Source: Kofleriaceae bacterium (GTDB taxonomy: Bacteria > Myxococcota_A > Polyangia > Haliangiales > Haliangiaceae). Taken from it: a stretch of DNA of 12,757 nucleotides. A program made the translations under genes and the position numbers. Positions 1 to 12,757 of this stretch are shown here, in pieces. The notes below the pieces were generated by a model that saw only the letters and a program-made list of their open reading frames with translations, was not told the origin of the DNA and made no database searches. The DNA is taken from positions 1 to 12,757 of the forward strand of contig CBDCCZ010000007.1 of NCBI GenBank assembly GCA_965215005.1, in the 5' to 3' direction. How positions within the stretch are numbered: position 1 is the stretch's first letter; each line of letters opens with the position of its first letter.

Positions 1-56
1 AAGCCGCGACGGCCGCCACTGTTTCCAAAATTCCTCGGTTCTCCGATAAAGAACTC

Positions 57-84
57 TTGACGGCGCTGCCAGGTCCAGTACCTT
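57..84 (+). promoter_or_regulatory. Putative sigma70-type promoter of the sulfite reductase operon
   Basis: TTGACG (57-62), 16-nt spacer, TACCTT (79-84) in an AT-richer intergenic stretch. An SD-like AGAGGT (94-99) lies upstream of ATG 107. Confidence 0.55.
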
Positions 85-106
85 CTATCGTTCAGAGGTT
101 TTTTTC

Positions 107-2349
<2,243 letters not shown>

Positions 2350-2353
<4 letters not shown>

Positions 2354-2934
2354 AAGGCCCCGCTGTGGATGTTCAGCAGCTCACCGCGAAGATCTTTGTA
2401 TCCCCAGAGGCAGCTGTCGATCAGGCGCTGCTGATTCCCATCTTTCATCGCTGGATCCGCGAGGCGCGGCTCACCGACGAGCTGCTCATCGACGTCGCTG
2501 ATTATCGCCACGTGCCGCACGGACCGGGGATCATGATCATCGGCGACGCGGGGCACTACGGGCTCGATGAGCGCGGCGGCGAGCTCGGGCTCCTCTATCA
2601 GCGCAAGCGCGATACGCTCGGTCCAGCGGCAGCAAAGCTCGATGAAGTGGTCGGGCGGGTGGTCCGCGCAGCCGCGGCGCTCGAGGGCGAGCTGGCGGTA
2701 CATTTTGTGCCGTCGCGCCTCGAGATCGGCGTCCTATCTCGGCTTGCGGCGGCCAACGATGAGAGCAGCGCCGCGGCACTCACCGCCGAGCTCGCGGCGC
2801 TCGGCAGTCGGCTTTGGGGGCAGGTCGCGGTGCGAATCGAGCGCCGTGAAGACGATCCACGGGGCCCGCTACGCATCGTGCTCACCGCCGATAGCGACGT
2901 CACGCTGCAAGAGCTGGCGACGCGCTGCGCCTGA
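2350..2934 (+). CDS. Hypothetical protein, translationally coupled to the sulfite reductase
   Basis: 194-aa ORF whose GTG overlaps the upstream TGA (GTGA, 2350-2353). Protein-like composition with a motif-like core IPIFHRWI...LLIDVADYRHVPHGPGIMIIG. No family recognised. Confidence 0.8.
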
Positions 2935-2935
2935 G

Positions 2936-2964
2936 CTGCGTTGCGCTCTCTCGGTGTGACGCAG
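2936..2964 (+). terminator. 3' stem-loop after the sulfite reductase operon (possible terminator or stability hairpin)
   Basis: CTGCGTTGCGC (2936-2946) pairs with GTGTGACGCAG (2954-2964): 11 bp with 3 G-U pairs and a 7-nt loop, starting 1 nt after the stop codon. No U tract. Confidence 0.4.
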
Positions 2965-3006
2965 ATGCCGGGGCGCGCCGATAACTGCTGAAGCAGCCCC
3001 GAGGCG

Positions 3007-3035
3007 TTGAGAGATGTGCGGCGGCTGGCTATGGT
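3007..3035 (+). promoter_or_regulatory. Putative sigma70-type promoter giving a leaderless or near-leaderless mRNA
   Basis: TTGAGA (3007-3012), 17-nt spacer, TATGGT (3030-3035), then 8 nt to GTG 3044. No clear SD. Confidence 0.5.
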
Positions 3036-3043
3036 CGGCGCGC

Positions 3044-4225
3044 GTGCAGAATTTCGATGTCATCATCGTCGGCGGTGGCCCCGCTGGCGCTACCTGTGCG
3101 CGGTTCCTCCGTCGCGGCGGCGCGCGAGTTGCCGTCCTGGACCGGGCCCGCTTTCCCCGCGTCAAGCTCTGCGCGGGGTGGCTCAGCGCGCCGATCTGGC
3201 AGGTCCTAGAGCTCTCGCCACGCGATTACGACCGCGGGCTGTGGGAGTGGTCGCGCTGTCACGTGCATTTTGGCGGCCGGACTACCTCGGCGCGGCAACG
3301 CGGCTACTTCATTCGTCGCTACGAGTTCGATGACTTCTTGTTGGCGCGCTCTGGCGCCGAGGTGCATCAAGACGTGGCGGTCAAAGAAATCGCCCGCGAC
3401 GGCCGCGATTACATCGTGGGCGAGTTTCGCGCGCCGGTGCTCATTGGCGCCGGCGGCACCCACTGCCCGGTCGCGCGGACGTTCTTTCCCAGCAAGCCGC
3501 GGCCACCGGTGGGCGTTCAGGAGCTGGAATTTCAGACTGAGTTGGCGGCGGTCGCGGCCACCCGCGCCGGCGGCGATGGCGAACCGGAGCTACTGCTGCA
3601 CGCTGACTTGCGCGGTTACTCGTGGAACGTGCCCAAGAGCGACTGGCTCAACGTCGGCTGCGGCACCGTCAATCCGCGGCAGGTGCGGCAAGCGTGGCAG
3701 CAGGCGCGGCAGTTCTTCACCGCGCAGGGGCATCTCCCGGCCGAAGCCGGACAGGCGCTCGAGCACGTCAAAGGCCACTCGTATTATCTGTTCGATCCAG
3801 CCCATCTCGAGGCGTGTACCGCCGAGGGCGTGGCGCTAGTCGGCGACTCGCTCGGGTTGGCGCAGCCGCTGACCGCCGAAGGCATCCTGCCAGCGGTGCT
3901 GTCAGGGCGACTCGCCGCCGAAGCCGTGCTCGCCGGTGACGTGGCGAGCTATCGTGCCCGGCTCAAGAGCCATCCCGTCGCGCGCGATTACACGGCTATC
4001 TACTATCTGCGCGAAGCGGGGGCGGCGTTAGCCAAGCGGTCCACGTCGCCGCGTCGGCCACGACTGCCCGCCGCGGTGACAGACGCTGGATCGTCGATGG
4101 TTGCTTCGGCATTTGCTTGGATGTTCGCCGGCAAAGCGCTGCCCGCCGCCCGCATTGTCGGCGTGGCGGCTAAGAGCGCCTATTGCTTGGCGCGTCGATC
4201 AGAGGAGACTCGAGATGCTCAGTAA
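3044..4225 (+). CDS. FAD-dependent oxidoreductase, geranylgeranyl reductase family
   Basis: FDVIIVGGGPAG dinucleotide motif, FPRVKLCAG, IRRYEFDDFL, GYSWNVPK and LVGDSLGLAQPLTAEGI are typical of the GGR family. Start moved from ATG 3014 to GTG 3044 (393 aa), where the Rossmann fold begins. Confidence 0.88.
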   Translation: MQNFDVIIVGGGPAGATCARFLRRGGARVAVLDRARFPRVKLCAGWLSAPIWQVLELSPRDYDRGLWEWSRCHVHFGGRTTSARQRGYFIRRYEFDDFLLARSGAEVHQDVAVKEIARDGRDYIVGEFRAPVLIGAGGTHCPVARTFFPSKPRPPVGVQELEFQTELAAVAATRAGGDGEPELLLHADLRGYSWNVPKSDWLNVGCGTVNPRQVRQAWQQARQFFTAQGHLPAEAGQALEHVKGHSYYLFDPAHLEACTAEGVALVGDSLGLAQPLTAEGILPAVLSGRLAAEAVLAGDVASYRARLKSHPVARDYTAIYYLREAGAALAKRSTSPRRPRLPAAVTDAGSSMVASAFAWMFAGKALPAARIVGVAAKSAYCLARRSEETRDAQ

Positions 4226-5402
4226 TTCGCCAAGAAAGCTCGGAGACGAAGCTCGTAAGCTCACCGCCAAGACCTGGAACGTCGTTACCAGCGACAGTGT
4301 CGATATCGGTCGTGAGCTCATGCGCCGCGGCGGCGTGACCGTCGATGGCGATGCGCCGTGGGACATCCAGGTGCACGACAATCGCTTCTACGGCCGGGTT
4401 CTGCGCGATGGCACCCTCGGGCTCGGCGAGTCGTACATGGATGGCTGGTGGGACGCCGAAGCGATCGATCAGGCGCTCAGCAAGCTGGTTCTCGCCGATC
4501 TCTACGCCGAGATTCGCGACAGCTGGGCGTTTATGGCCCACGCGGTGCGCAACAAAGTGTTCAACCTGCAAGGGGTCATGCGCGCGTTCGAGGTCGGCGA
4601 GCGCCACTACGACATCGGCAATGACCTCTACGAAGCCATGCTCGATCCACGCATGGTCTATACCTGCGGCTACTGGAAAGAGGCCGACGATCTGGCCGCG
4701 GCCCAGGAGGCCAAGCTCGACTTGGTGTGCCGCAAGATCGGCGCCTCCAAGGGCATGCGCATTCTCGAGCTGGGGTGCGGCTGGGGCAGCTTCGCGCGGT
4801 TTGCTGCCGAGCGCTATGGCGCCGAGGTCACCGGGGTCACCGTCTCCAAGGAGCAAGTGGTGATCGCCAAGGAGCGGTGCGCCGGGCTGCCGGTGGACAT
4901 CCGCCTCGCTGACTACCGCGACGCCGAGGGCACCTATGATGCCGTGGTGTCCATTGGCATCATGGAGCACATTGGCTTCAAGAACTATCGCACGTACATG
5001 GAAGTGTCCCGGCGATGCCTGGCCAAAGGCGGCGTCGGCTTCGTGCACACAATCGCCGGCAATCGCAGCCGCAAGGGCTTTGATCCGTGGTTTGACAAAT
5101 ACATCTTCCCCAACGCGCAGTTGCCGTCCATCGCGCAGCTCGGCGCAGCGATGGAGGAGCTGTTCGTGTTCGAGGATCTGCACAACATCGGTGAGCACTA
5201 CGACCGCACGCTCATGGCCTGGAACGAAAACTTTGAAGCTGCATGGCCGCGGTTGTCGGCGCGCTATGGCGAGCGGTTCCGGCGGATGTGGCGCTTTTAC
5301 CTGTTGTCGTCGGCGGCGCTGTTCCGGTCGCGGTTCTCGCAGCTCTACCAGATCGTCATGACTCCTACGGGAACTCCCCAGCCCAATTGCCGCATGGTGT
5401 GA
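4215..5402 (+). CDS. cfa: Cyclopropane-fatty-acyl-phospholipid synthase family SAM-dependent methyltransferase
   Basis: GTLGLGESYMDGWW, HYDIGNDLY, YTCGYW, AQEAKL, SAM motif LELGCGWG, SIGIMEHIG, KYIFP, HYDRTL. SD GAGGAG (4202-4207) supports ATG 4215 (395 aa). Overlaps the upstream gene by 11 nt. Confidence 0.93.
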   Translation: MLSNSPRKLGDEARKLTAKTWNVVTSDSVDIGRELMRRGGVTVDGDAPWDIQVHDNRFYGRVLRDGTLGLGESYMDGWWDAEAIDQALSKLVLADLYAEIRDSWAFMAHAVRNKVFNLQGVMRAFEVGERHYDIGNDLYEAMLDPRMVYTCGYWKEADDLAAAQEAKLDLVCRKIGASKGMRILELGCGWGSFARFAAERYGAEVTGVTVSKEQVVIAKERCAGLPVDIRLADYRDAEGTYDAVVSIGIMEHIGFKNYRTYMEVSRRCLAKGGVGFVHTIAGNRSRKGFDPWFDKYIFPNAQLPSIAQLGAAMEELFVFEDLHNIGEHYDRTLMAWNENFEAAWPRLSARYGERFRRMWRFYLLSSAALFRSRFSQLYQIVMTPTGTPQPNCRMV

Positions 5403-5419
5403 GCGGCTCGCGGAGCGGG

Positions 5420-5463
5420 TTCCATGTGCGAATCGGGCAGGGTAGAGTCCGCGCACCAAGGAG
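5420..5463 (+). promoter_or_regulatory. Putative promoter and ribosome-binding site of gcvP
   Basis: TTCCAT (5420-5425), 17-nt spacer, TAGAGT (5443-5448). AAGGAG (5458-5463) lies 8 nt before GTG 5472. Confidence 0.4.
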
Positions 5464-5471
5464 CCACGCCC

Positions 5472-8330
<2,859 letters not shown>

Positions 8331-8342
8331 GCGAAAGGCGGC

Positions 8343-9560
8343 GTGGCGGTGGAAGCTCTTGTGCCAATTCTCGCGATTTCGCTGACGATGGGGATTCCGC
8401 TGTACGCGATCAAGCGAATCTTCGATCTCAAAGACCGTCGCGTACGAGGTCACGCTGATCCCAAGGAGCTCGAGGGTATGCGCCAGGAGCGCAAGCTCTT
8501 GCAAGCGCGCATCGAGCACCTCGAGTCGATCGTGTGCAGTGTCGACTATGAGCTCAACGCCAAGCTGGCAAAGTTGGCCACGCCGCTCGAGCTTCCACCG
8601 GCCAGCGTGGCCGTGCCTTTCGCGGCCGCGGCGACGGCAGAGGAGGGGATCGCCTTCGCGGCCACTGCCAACGATGCCGTGGCGCTCAGCCCGACGATGA
8701 CCGTCTCGGGCCGCGCGCGTCCGGCGGTGAACGCGCAGGCCGAGCTGGTCATCGGGTCGCACCTGGCCAATCGCTATCGCGTCGACCGCTTGCTCGGCCG
8801 CGGTGGCATGGGCGCCGTCTATCTGGCCCACGATGAGGTGCTCGAGGAGCTGGTGGCGCTCAAGGTGATGTCCTCGACGTGGGCCGCCGATGAGCGAGCC
8901 ATGGTGGAGCGCTTTCGCCGCGAGGCCGCCGCGGCTCGGCGGGTCTCCTCGCCAAACGTCATCCGAATCCATGATCTCGGAGAAGCCGCCGGAGGGCTTC
9001 TGTACTTGTCCATGGAGTACTTTCCGGGCAAGACGCTGGCACAGATGATCACCTCGCGCGGCACCCTCGATAGCCCCGAGGGGCGAGACATCTTCCGCCA
9101 GATCTGCGATGGCCTGGCCGCAGCGCACGAAGTGGGTGTGGTGCATCGAGATCTAAAGCCCGACAACGTCCTGGTGGGCGAGCGGCACGCCGTCAAGCTC
9201 ATCGATTTCGGGCTCGCCAAGGCGCAGTACATGTCGGCGATGACTGGCACGGGCCTGATCCTCGGCACGCCGCAGTACATGTCGCCAGAGCAGGTCAGGG
9301 GTGGCGAGATCGATGCCCGCAGCGACCTCTACTCGCTCGGCGCGATGACCTATCACGCCATGACCGGACGGCCGCCGTTCGTGGGATCGACGCCGATCGC
9401 CGTCGGCTTTGCGCACTGCACTGAGATCCCCGAGCCGCCCCGCAGCGTGCGCGCAAACCTTTCGCAGCGGCTAAACGATGTCATCTTACAAGCGCTCGCC
9501 AAGAGCCCCAGCGACCGCCCGCAGAGCGTGCGCGAATTTCGCAACGCGCTGCTCGATTGA
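8343..9560 (+). CDS. Hanks-type Ser/Thr protein kinase with N-terminal transmembrane helix and coiled coil
   Basis: LGRGGMGAVY, VALK, HRDLKPDN, DFG, GTPQYMSPE, DLYSLG and the terminal DRP are all intact. Hydrophobic N-terminus LVPILAISLTMGIPLYAI. Start could be GTG 8343 or GTG 8349. Confidence 0.93.
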   Translation: MAVEALVPILAISLTMGIPLYAIKRIFDLKDRRVRGHADPKELEGMRQERKLLQARIEHLESIVCSVDYELNAKLAKLATPLELPPASVAVPFAAAATAEEGIAFAATANDAVALSPTMTVSGRARPAVNAQAELVIGSHLANRYRVDRLLGRGGMGAVYLAHDEVLEELVALKVMSSTWAADERAMVERFRREAAAARRVSSPNVIRIHDLGEAAGGLLYLSMEYFPGKTLAQMITSRGTLDSPEGRDIFRQICDGLAAAHEVGVVHRDLKPDNVLVGERHAVKLIDFGLAKAQYMSAMTGTGLILGTPQYMSPEQVRGGEIDARSDLYSLGAMTYHAMTGRPPFVGSTPIAVGFAHCTEIPEPPRSVRANLSQRLNDVILQALAKSPSDRPQSVREFRNALLD

Positions 9561-9650
9561 ATAGACGCGGGCGCCACTGGTCTCGATAAGCCCCGCGGCG
9601 TGCGGCACCCGCTTCTCGTTCGCGAATTGCCGGTGTAGCCTTAGCCACGC

Positions 9651-11246
9651 ATGAGCCAGGGACACTACGATTGGATCATCATTGGCTCTGGCTTCGGTGG
9701 CAGCGTTTCGGCGCTGCGACTGGCCGAGAAGGGCTATCGCGTCGCCGTGCTCGAGAAGGGCAGGCGGTTCGCGCGGGAAGATTTTCCCAAGACCAACTGG
9801 GATTTGCGCCGGTGGATGTGGATGCCGGCGGCGGGGCTCCGGGGCATCTTTCAGATGTCGTTTCTAGAGCACATCACGGTGCTCCACGGCGTTGGTGTCG
9901 GCGGCGGCTCCTTGGTGTACGCGAACACCTTGCCGACGCCCAAGCGGGCGTTCTTCGAGGCGCCGTCGTGGTCGCATCTCGGTGCTTGGCAGCGCGAGCT
10001 CGCCCCGCATTACGCCACCGCGAAGCGAATGCTCGGCGCCGCGCGCAACCCACGTGAAACCTATGCCGATCGCGTTCTGGCCGACATCGCTAAAGACCTC
10101 GGCCGCCCCGAGCATCACGAGCCGACCGAGGTCGGTATCTACTTTGGCGAGCCCGGCAAAACCGCCGCGGATCCCTACTTCGGCGGCAACGGCCCAGACC
10201 GCGTCGGATGCACGTTTTGCGGCGCGTGCATGACCGGCTGTCGCGTTGGCGCCAAGAACACGCTCGATCGAAACTACCTGCACCTGGCGGAAGGTCTCGG
10301 CACCGAGATCTTCCCCGAGACCGAGGTTATGGCGGTGCGCCCGCGTCACGGCGGCGGCTATCGCATCGAGACCAAGCCGAGCCTCGATCGCGGCAAACGC
10401 GTGGTGTTCACCGCCGATCGCGTGGTCTTCGCCGGTGGCGTGATGGGCACCGTGCCGCTGCTCCTGAAGATGAAGGAAGATGGCCGGGCATTGCCGCGCT
10501 TGTCGCCGCGTCTGGGCGACTTCGTGCGCACCAACAGCGAGTCGATTCTCGGCGTATTGGCGGCCGACTCCAAAGAAGACTTCACCGACGGCGTGGCGAT
10601 CACGTCGATCTTGCACACCGACGAGCACAGTCACATCGAACCGGTGCGGTACGGCAAAGGCTCGGGCTTCTTTCGCACGCTAGCGGCGCCGCATCTGCCG
10701 GCGCCGACCGTCATCGGACGTCTGGCGGGGGTGCTGCGCGGCTTTGCGCGTCATCCCATCCAGTGGGCTAGGGCGCTCACGGTGGCCGATTTCTCGCGGC
10801 AGACGGCGATTCTCTTGTACATGCGAACCCTCGAGGGCACGCTGCGCCTGCGTCTGGGGCGCGATGTGCGCACCGGATTTCGCCGCGGGCTGGTGACCGA
10901 GCTCGATGATCCGCTGCAGGCGCCATCGGCGTTCCTCGAAGAAGCCACGGATCTGGCGCGGCGCTTCGCCGAAAAGGTCAAAGGCGTGACCATGGCGATG
11001 CTCACCGAGACCGTGCTCGGGGTGCCGTCGACCGCGCATATCCTCGGCGGCTGCTGCATGGGACGCACCGCGGAGGAAGGCGTGATCGATGCCCAGCATC
11101 GGGTGTTTGGCTACGACGGGCTCTACGTCGTCGACGGCTCGGCAATGTCGGCCAATCCAGGCGTCAACCCCTCGCTCACGATCACCGCGCTGGCGGAACG
11201 CGCCATGAGCTTCGTTCCTCCCAAGGCCGCTGCCAACGCAGCGTAG
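9651..11246 (+). CDS. GMC-family FAD oxidoreductase, cholesterol oxidase (ChoD)-like
   Basis: YDWIIIGSGFGGSVSALRLAEKGY, GVGGGSLVYANT, CTFCGACMTGC..GAKNTLD, RTNSE, TAHILGGC and NPGVNPSLTITALAERAM match the ChoD-like subfamily. Substrate is not provable from sequence. Confidence 0.88.
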   Translation: MSQGHYDWIIIGSGFGGSVSALRLAEKGYRVAVLEKGRRFAREDFPKTNWDLRRWMWMPAAGLRGIFQMSFLEHITVLHGVGVGGGSLVYANTLPTPKRAFFEAPSWSHLGAWQRELAPHYATAKRMLGAARNPRETYADRVLADIAKDLGRPEHHEPTEVGIYFGEPGKTAADPYFGGNGPDRVGCTFCGACMTGCRVGAKNTLDRNYLHLAEGLGTEIFPETEVMAVRPRHGGGYRIETKPSLDRGKRVVFTADRVVFAGGVMGTVPLLLKMKEDGRALPRLSPRLGDFVRTNSESILGVLAADSKEDFTDGVAITSILHTDEHSHIEPVRYGKGSGFFRTLAAPHLPAPTVIGRLAGVLRGFARHPIQWARALTVADFSRQTAILLYMRTLEGTLRLRLGRDVRTGFRRGLVTELDDPLQAPSAFLEEATDLARRFAEKVKGVTMAMLTETVLGVPSTAHILGGCCMGRTAEEGVIDAQHRVFGYDGLYVVDGSAMSANPGVNPSLTITALAERAMSFVPPKAAANAA

Positions 11247-11285
11247 TGTGGCGCGTAGGAGCGCGACAACGATGCTCCTGCCATA
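11247..11285 (+). terminator. 3' stem-loop after the GMC oxidoreductase
   Basis: TGTGGC (11247-11252) pairs with GCCATA (11280-11285), and AGGAGCG (11257-11263) pairs with TGCTCCT (11273-11279), with a 4-nt bulge. No U tract. Confidence 0.4.
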
Positions 11286-11309
11286 ACGCGAGGAACGCGC
11301 GGCTGGCCA

Positions 11310-11338
11310 TGGTCAAGCCTTGGCTTCCAGCCTATCCT
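11310..11338 (+). promoter_or_regulatory. Putative promoter for a leaderless cNMP-PilZ mRNA
   Basis: TGGTCA (11310-11315), 17-nt spacer, TATCCT (11333-11338), then 7 nt to ATG 11346. No SD. Confidence 0.45.
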
Positions 11339-11345
11339 CGCAGCG

Positions 11346-12221
11346 ATGGCGCACCCCCCGATCGACGCGGACGTCCTGCGCAGCATCCCGCTGTTTCGCA
11401 ATCTCACGAGCGAGCAGCTCCGCGGCCTCGCCAACCTCTGCAGCGGCGTCGAAGGCACCAAAGACGCGGTGCTGTTTGGCGAAGGCGATCCCGCCGATGA
11501 GCTGTATTTGTTGGTCGGCGGAGAAGTTGTCCTGTCGCAGGAGGGGGAAGAGACGTATCACTTGCGCCCGCCAGCCATCATCGGCGAGGTCGGGGCCATG
11601 GTCGGCCGGCCGCGGACCAGTCGCGCGGTGCTGGGCGAGACGGCGATGCTCTACAAGATCTCCGCCTGGGATTTGCGCGCGTGGATCAATGATGAGCCCC
11701 AGGTCGCGCTGCGAGTGCACGAGAACCTGCTGGCGATCCTCGCTGAAAAGATTCATCGCGATCAAAAGCGCCTCGCCGACATGCGCGGCAATCTCATTCG
11801 CACGCAAAAAGCGATGAAGCGCATGCGCGATCTGGTCGAGGAGCATGAAGACTCACCGGTGTCGGCCGAGCTTCACGACACCCTCGAGGGCCTCATTCGG
11901 CAAAATCGTCGCGTCAACTACCGGGTCGAGCCGCCCGCAGCGCTGCCCGCGACGGTGCGGCTGGATGGTGACCGGCGAGCGCCGGTGGTGCAGCTCTCAC
12001 GCACCCACGTGCGGTTTCGCGCCGCGGATCAGGTGCCGCGCGCCGGCGAGCACATCACCGGTGTTTTGTGGCTATCGGGCCCCGAGCTGCCAGTGAGCGG
12101 CCGCGTCTTGCGCGTCATCGAAGACCGCGTCGACGTCGAGCTCGACCTCTTCATCGATGAATACGCCGACATCCTCGAGGGGTATCTCACGCGCTGCCAT
12201 ATGCTCGACTTCTTGGTGTAG
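11346..12221 (+). CDS. Cyclic-nucleotide-binding domain protein with coiled coil and C-terminal PilZ-like domain
   Basis: LRSIPLFRNL, VLFGEGDPADELYLLVGGEV and IGEVGAMVGRPRTS mark a cNMP domain. A helical linker follows, then RRVNYRV (RxxxR) and a beta-rich tail LPVSGRVLRV typical of PilZ. No HTH. Confidence 0.8.
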   Translation: MAHPPIDADVLRSIPLFRNLTSEQLRGLANLCSGVEGTKDAVLFGEGDPADELYLLVGGEVVLSQEGEETYHLRPPAIIGEVGAMVGRPRTSRAVLGETAMLYKISAWDLRAWINDEPQVALRVHENLLAILAEKIHRDQKRLADMRGNLIRTQKAMKRMRDLVEEHEDSPVSAELHDTLEGLIRQNRRVNYRVEPPAALPATVRLDGDRRAPVVQLSRTHVRFRAADQVPRAGEHITGVLWLSGPELPVSGRVLRVIEDRVDVELDLFIDEYADILEGYLTRCHMLDFLV

Positions 12222-12228
12222 CGCCCTC

Positions 12229-12757
12229 TCAAGGAAGCAGCGCCAACACCCAACCGATGCCAATCCACGCCCCGAGGGCGGAGCCGATGTTGGACATCAG
12301 CGCCACCAACAGGACCCGCGTGACCTGATTTTTGTAGACGCCGCGCAGGCTGTGCACGTCTTCGTTGATGCGCTCACAGTCGGCCACCGTGGGCTTGCGC
12401 AGCCACGCCTCGAGCAACCCAACGATCATGCCGGTGCCGAGCATCGGATTGAGCGAGGTGATCGGCGAGGCGATGAACGCCGCTCCAATCGAGAGCAGCT
12501 TGCCGCCGGCGAGCGCGGTGCACAGCGCCGCCATGATCGAGTTGGGCAAGATCCACGCGGTGAGCATGCTCTCGAAGCTGTCGCCCCCATGACGGCTGTA
12601 GCCGATGACGAAGGCGGCCAGAATCAGCGCCGGGATGACCCACTTGAAGACCTTCCAGAAGGTTGACGGCGCCGGTAGCGCCTCGAGTGCGGCGCGGTCG
12701 ACTGGCTGCCGAAACCGCTGTCGCATTCCTGGCACGTGCGCCGCACCGACCACGGCA
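12229..12757 (-). CDS. TraB/PrgY (pheromone shutdown)/GumN family protein, C-terminal part; 5' end outside the window
   Basis: The frame is open to the window edge and reads AVVGAAHVPG (TraB-family motif), followed by transmembrane segments with SPITSLNP, GLLEAWLRKPTVAD and NQVTRVLLV...NIGS. Stop TGA at 12229-12231. Confidence 0.85.
   Translation of the reverse strand, partial: AVVGAAHVPGMRQRFRQPVDRAALEALPAPSTFWKVFKWVIPALILAAFVIGYSRHGGDSFESMLTAWILPNSIMAALCTALAGGKLLSIGAAFIASPITSLNPMLGTGMIVGLLEAWLRKPTVADCERINEDVHSLRGVYKNQVTRVLLVALMSNIGSALGAWIGIGWVLALLP

Noticed and set aside
3014..5471. ORF-track starts at 3014, 4101 and 5424
   Set aside because: The extensions are not family-like. SD or promoter evidence supports 3044, 4215 and 5472.
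9561..9630. Terminator or operator between the kinase and the oxidase (GCGGGCGCC/GGCACCCGC arms; TTCGCGAA palindrome)
   Set aside because: Imperfect pairing, a long loop and no U tract. Compatible with chance in GC-rich DNA.
11256..11300. SAH riboswitch, suggested by AGGAGCGC
   Set aside because: Lacks the downstream CAGGCUC element and pseudoknot arrangement. The bases form a simple hairpin, and the next gene is unrelated to SAH recycling.
11346..12221. Crp/Fnr transcription factor
   Set aside because: No C-terminal helix-turn-helix. The tail is PilZ-like.
12229..12757. TraB as evidence of a conjugative element
   Set aside because: This is the TraB/PrgY/GumN family, commonly chromosomal. 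No transfer, integrase or repeat features are nearby.

Overview
High-GC bacterial chromosomal window. The gene set (eukaryotic-like Ser/Thr kinase, cNMP-PilZ protein, ChoD-like oxidase) suggests a myxobacterium or similar organism, but that is inference only. There are eight complete + strand genes and one partial - strand gene: a siroheme sulfite/nitrite reductase with a C-terminal HEPN-like domain, coupled to an unknown 194-aa protein; a geranylgeranyl-reductase-family flavoprotein overlapping a Cfa-type fatty acyl methyltransferase; a stand-alone gcvP followed by a membrane-anchored Ser/Thr kinase with a PspB/PspC-like N-terminus; a cholesterol-oxidase-like GMC oxidoreductase; a cNMP-binding/coiled-coil/PilZ protein; and the 3' end of a convergent TraB/PrgY-family gene. 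I saw no mobile elements, CRISPR arrays or RNA genes. The best leads are a second four-Cys cofactor-like motif in the sulfite reductase, its unknown partner gene, the reductase+methyltransferase lipid pair, the Psp-like kinase, the dual second-messenger receptor, and repeated leaderless-type promoters.
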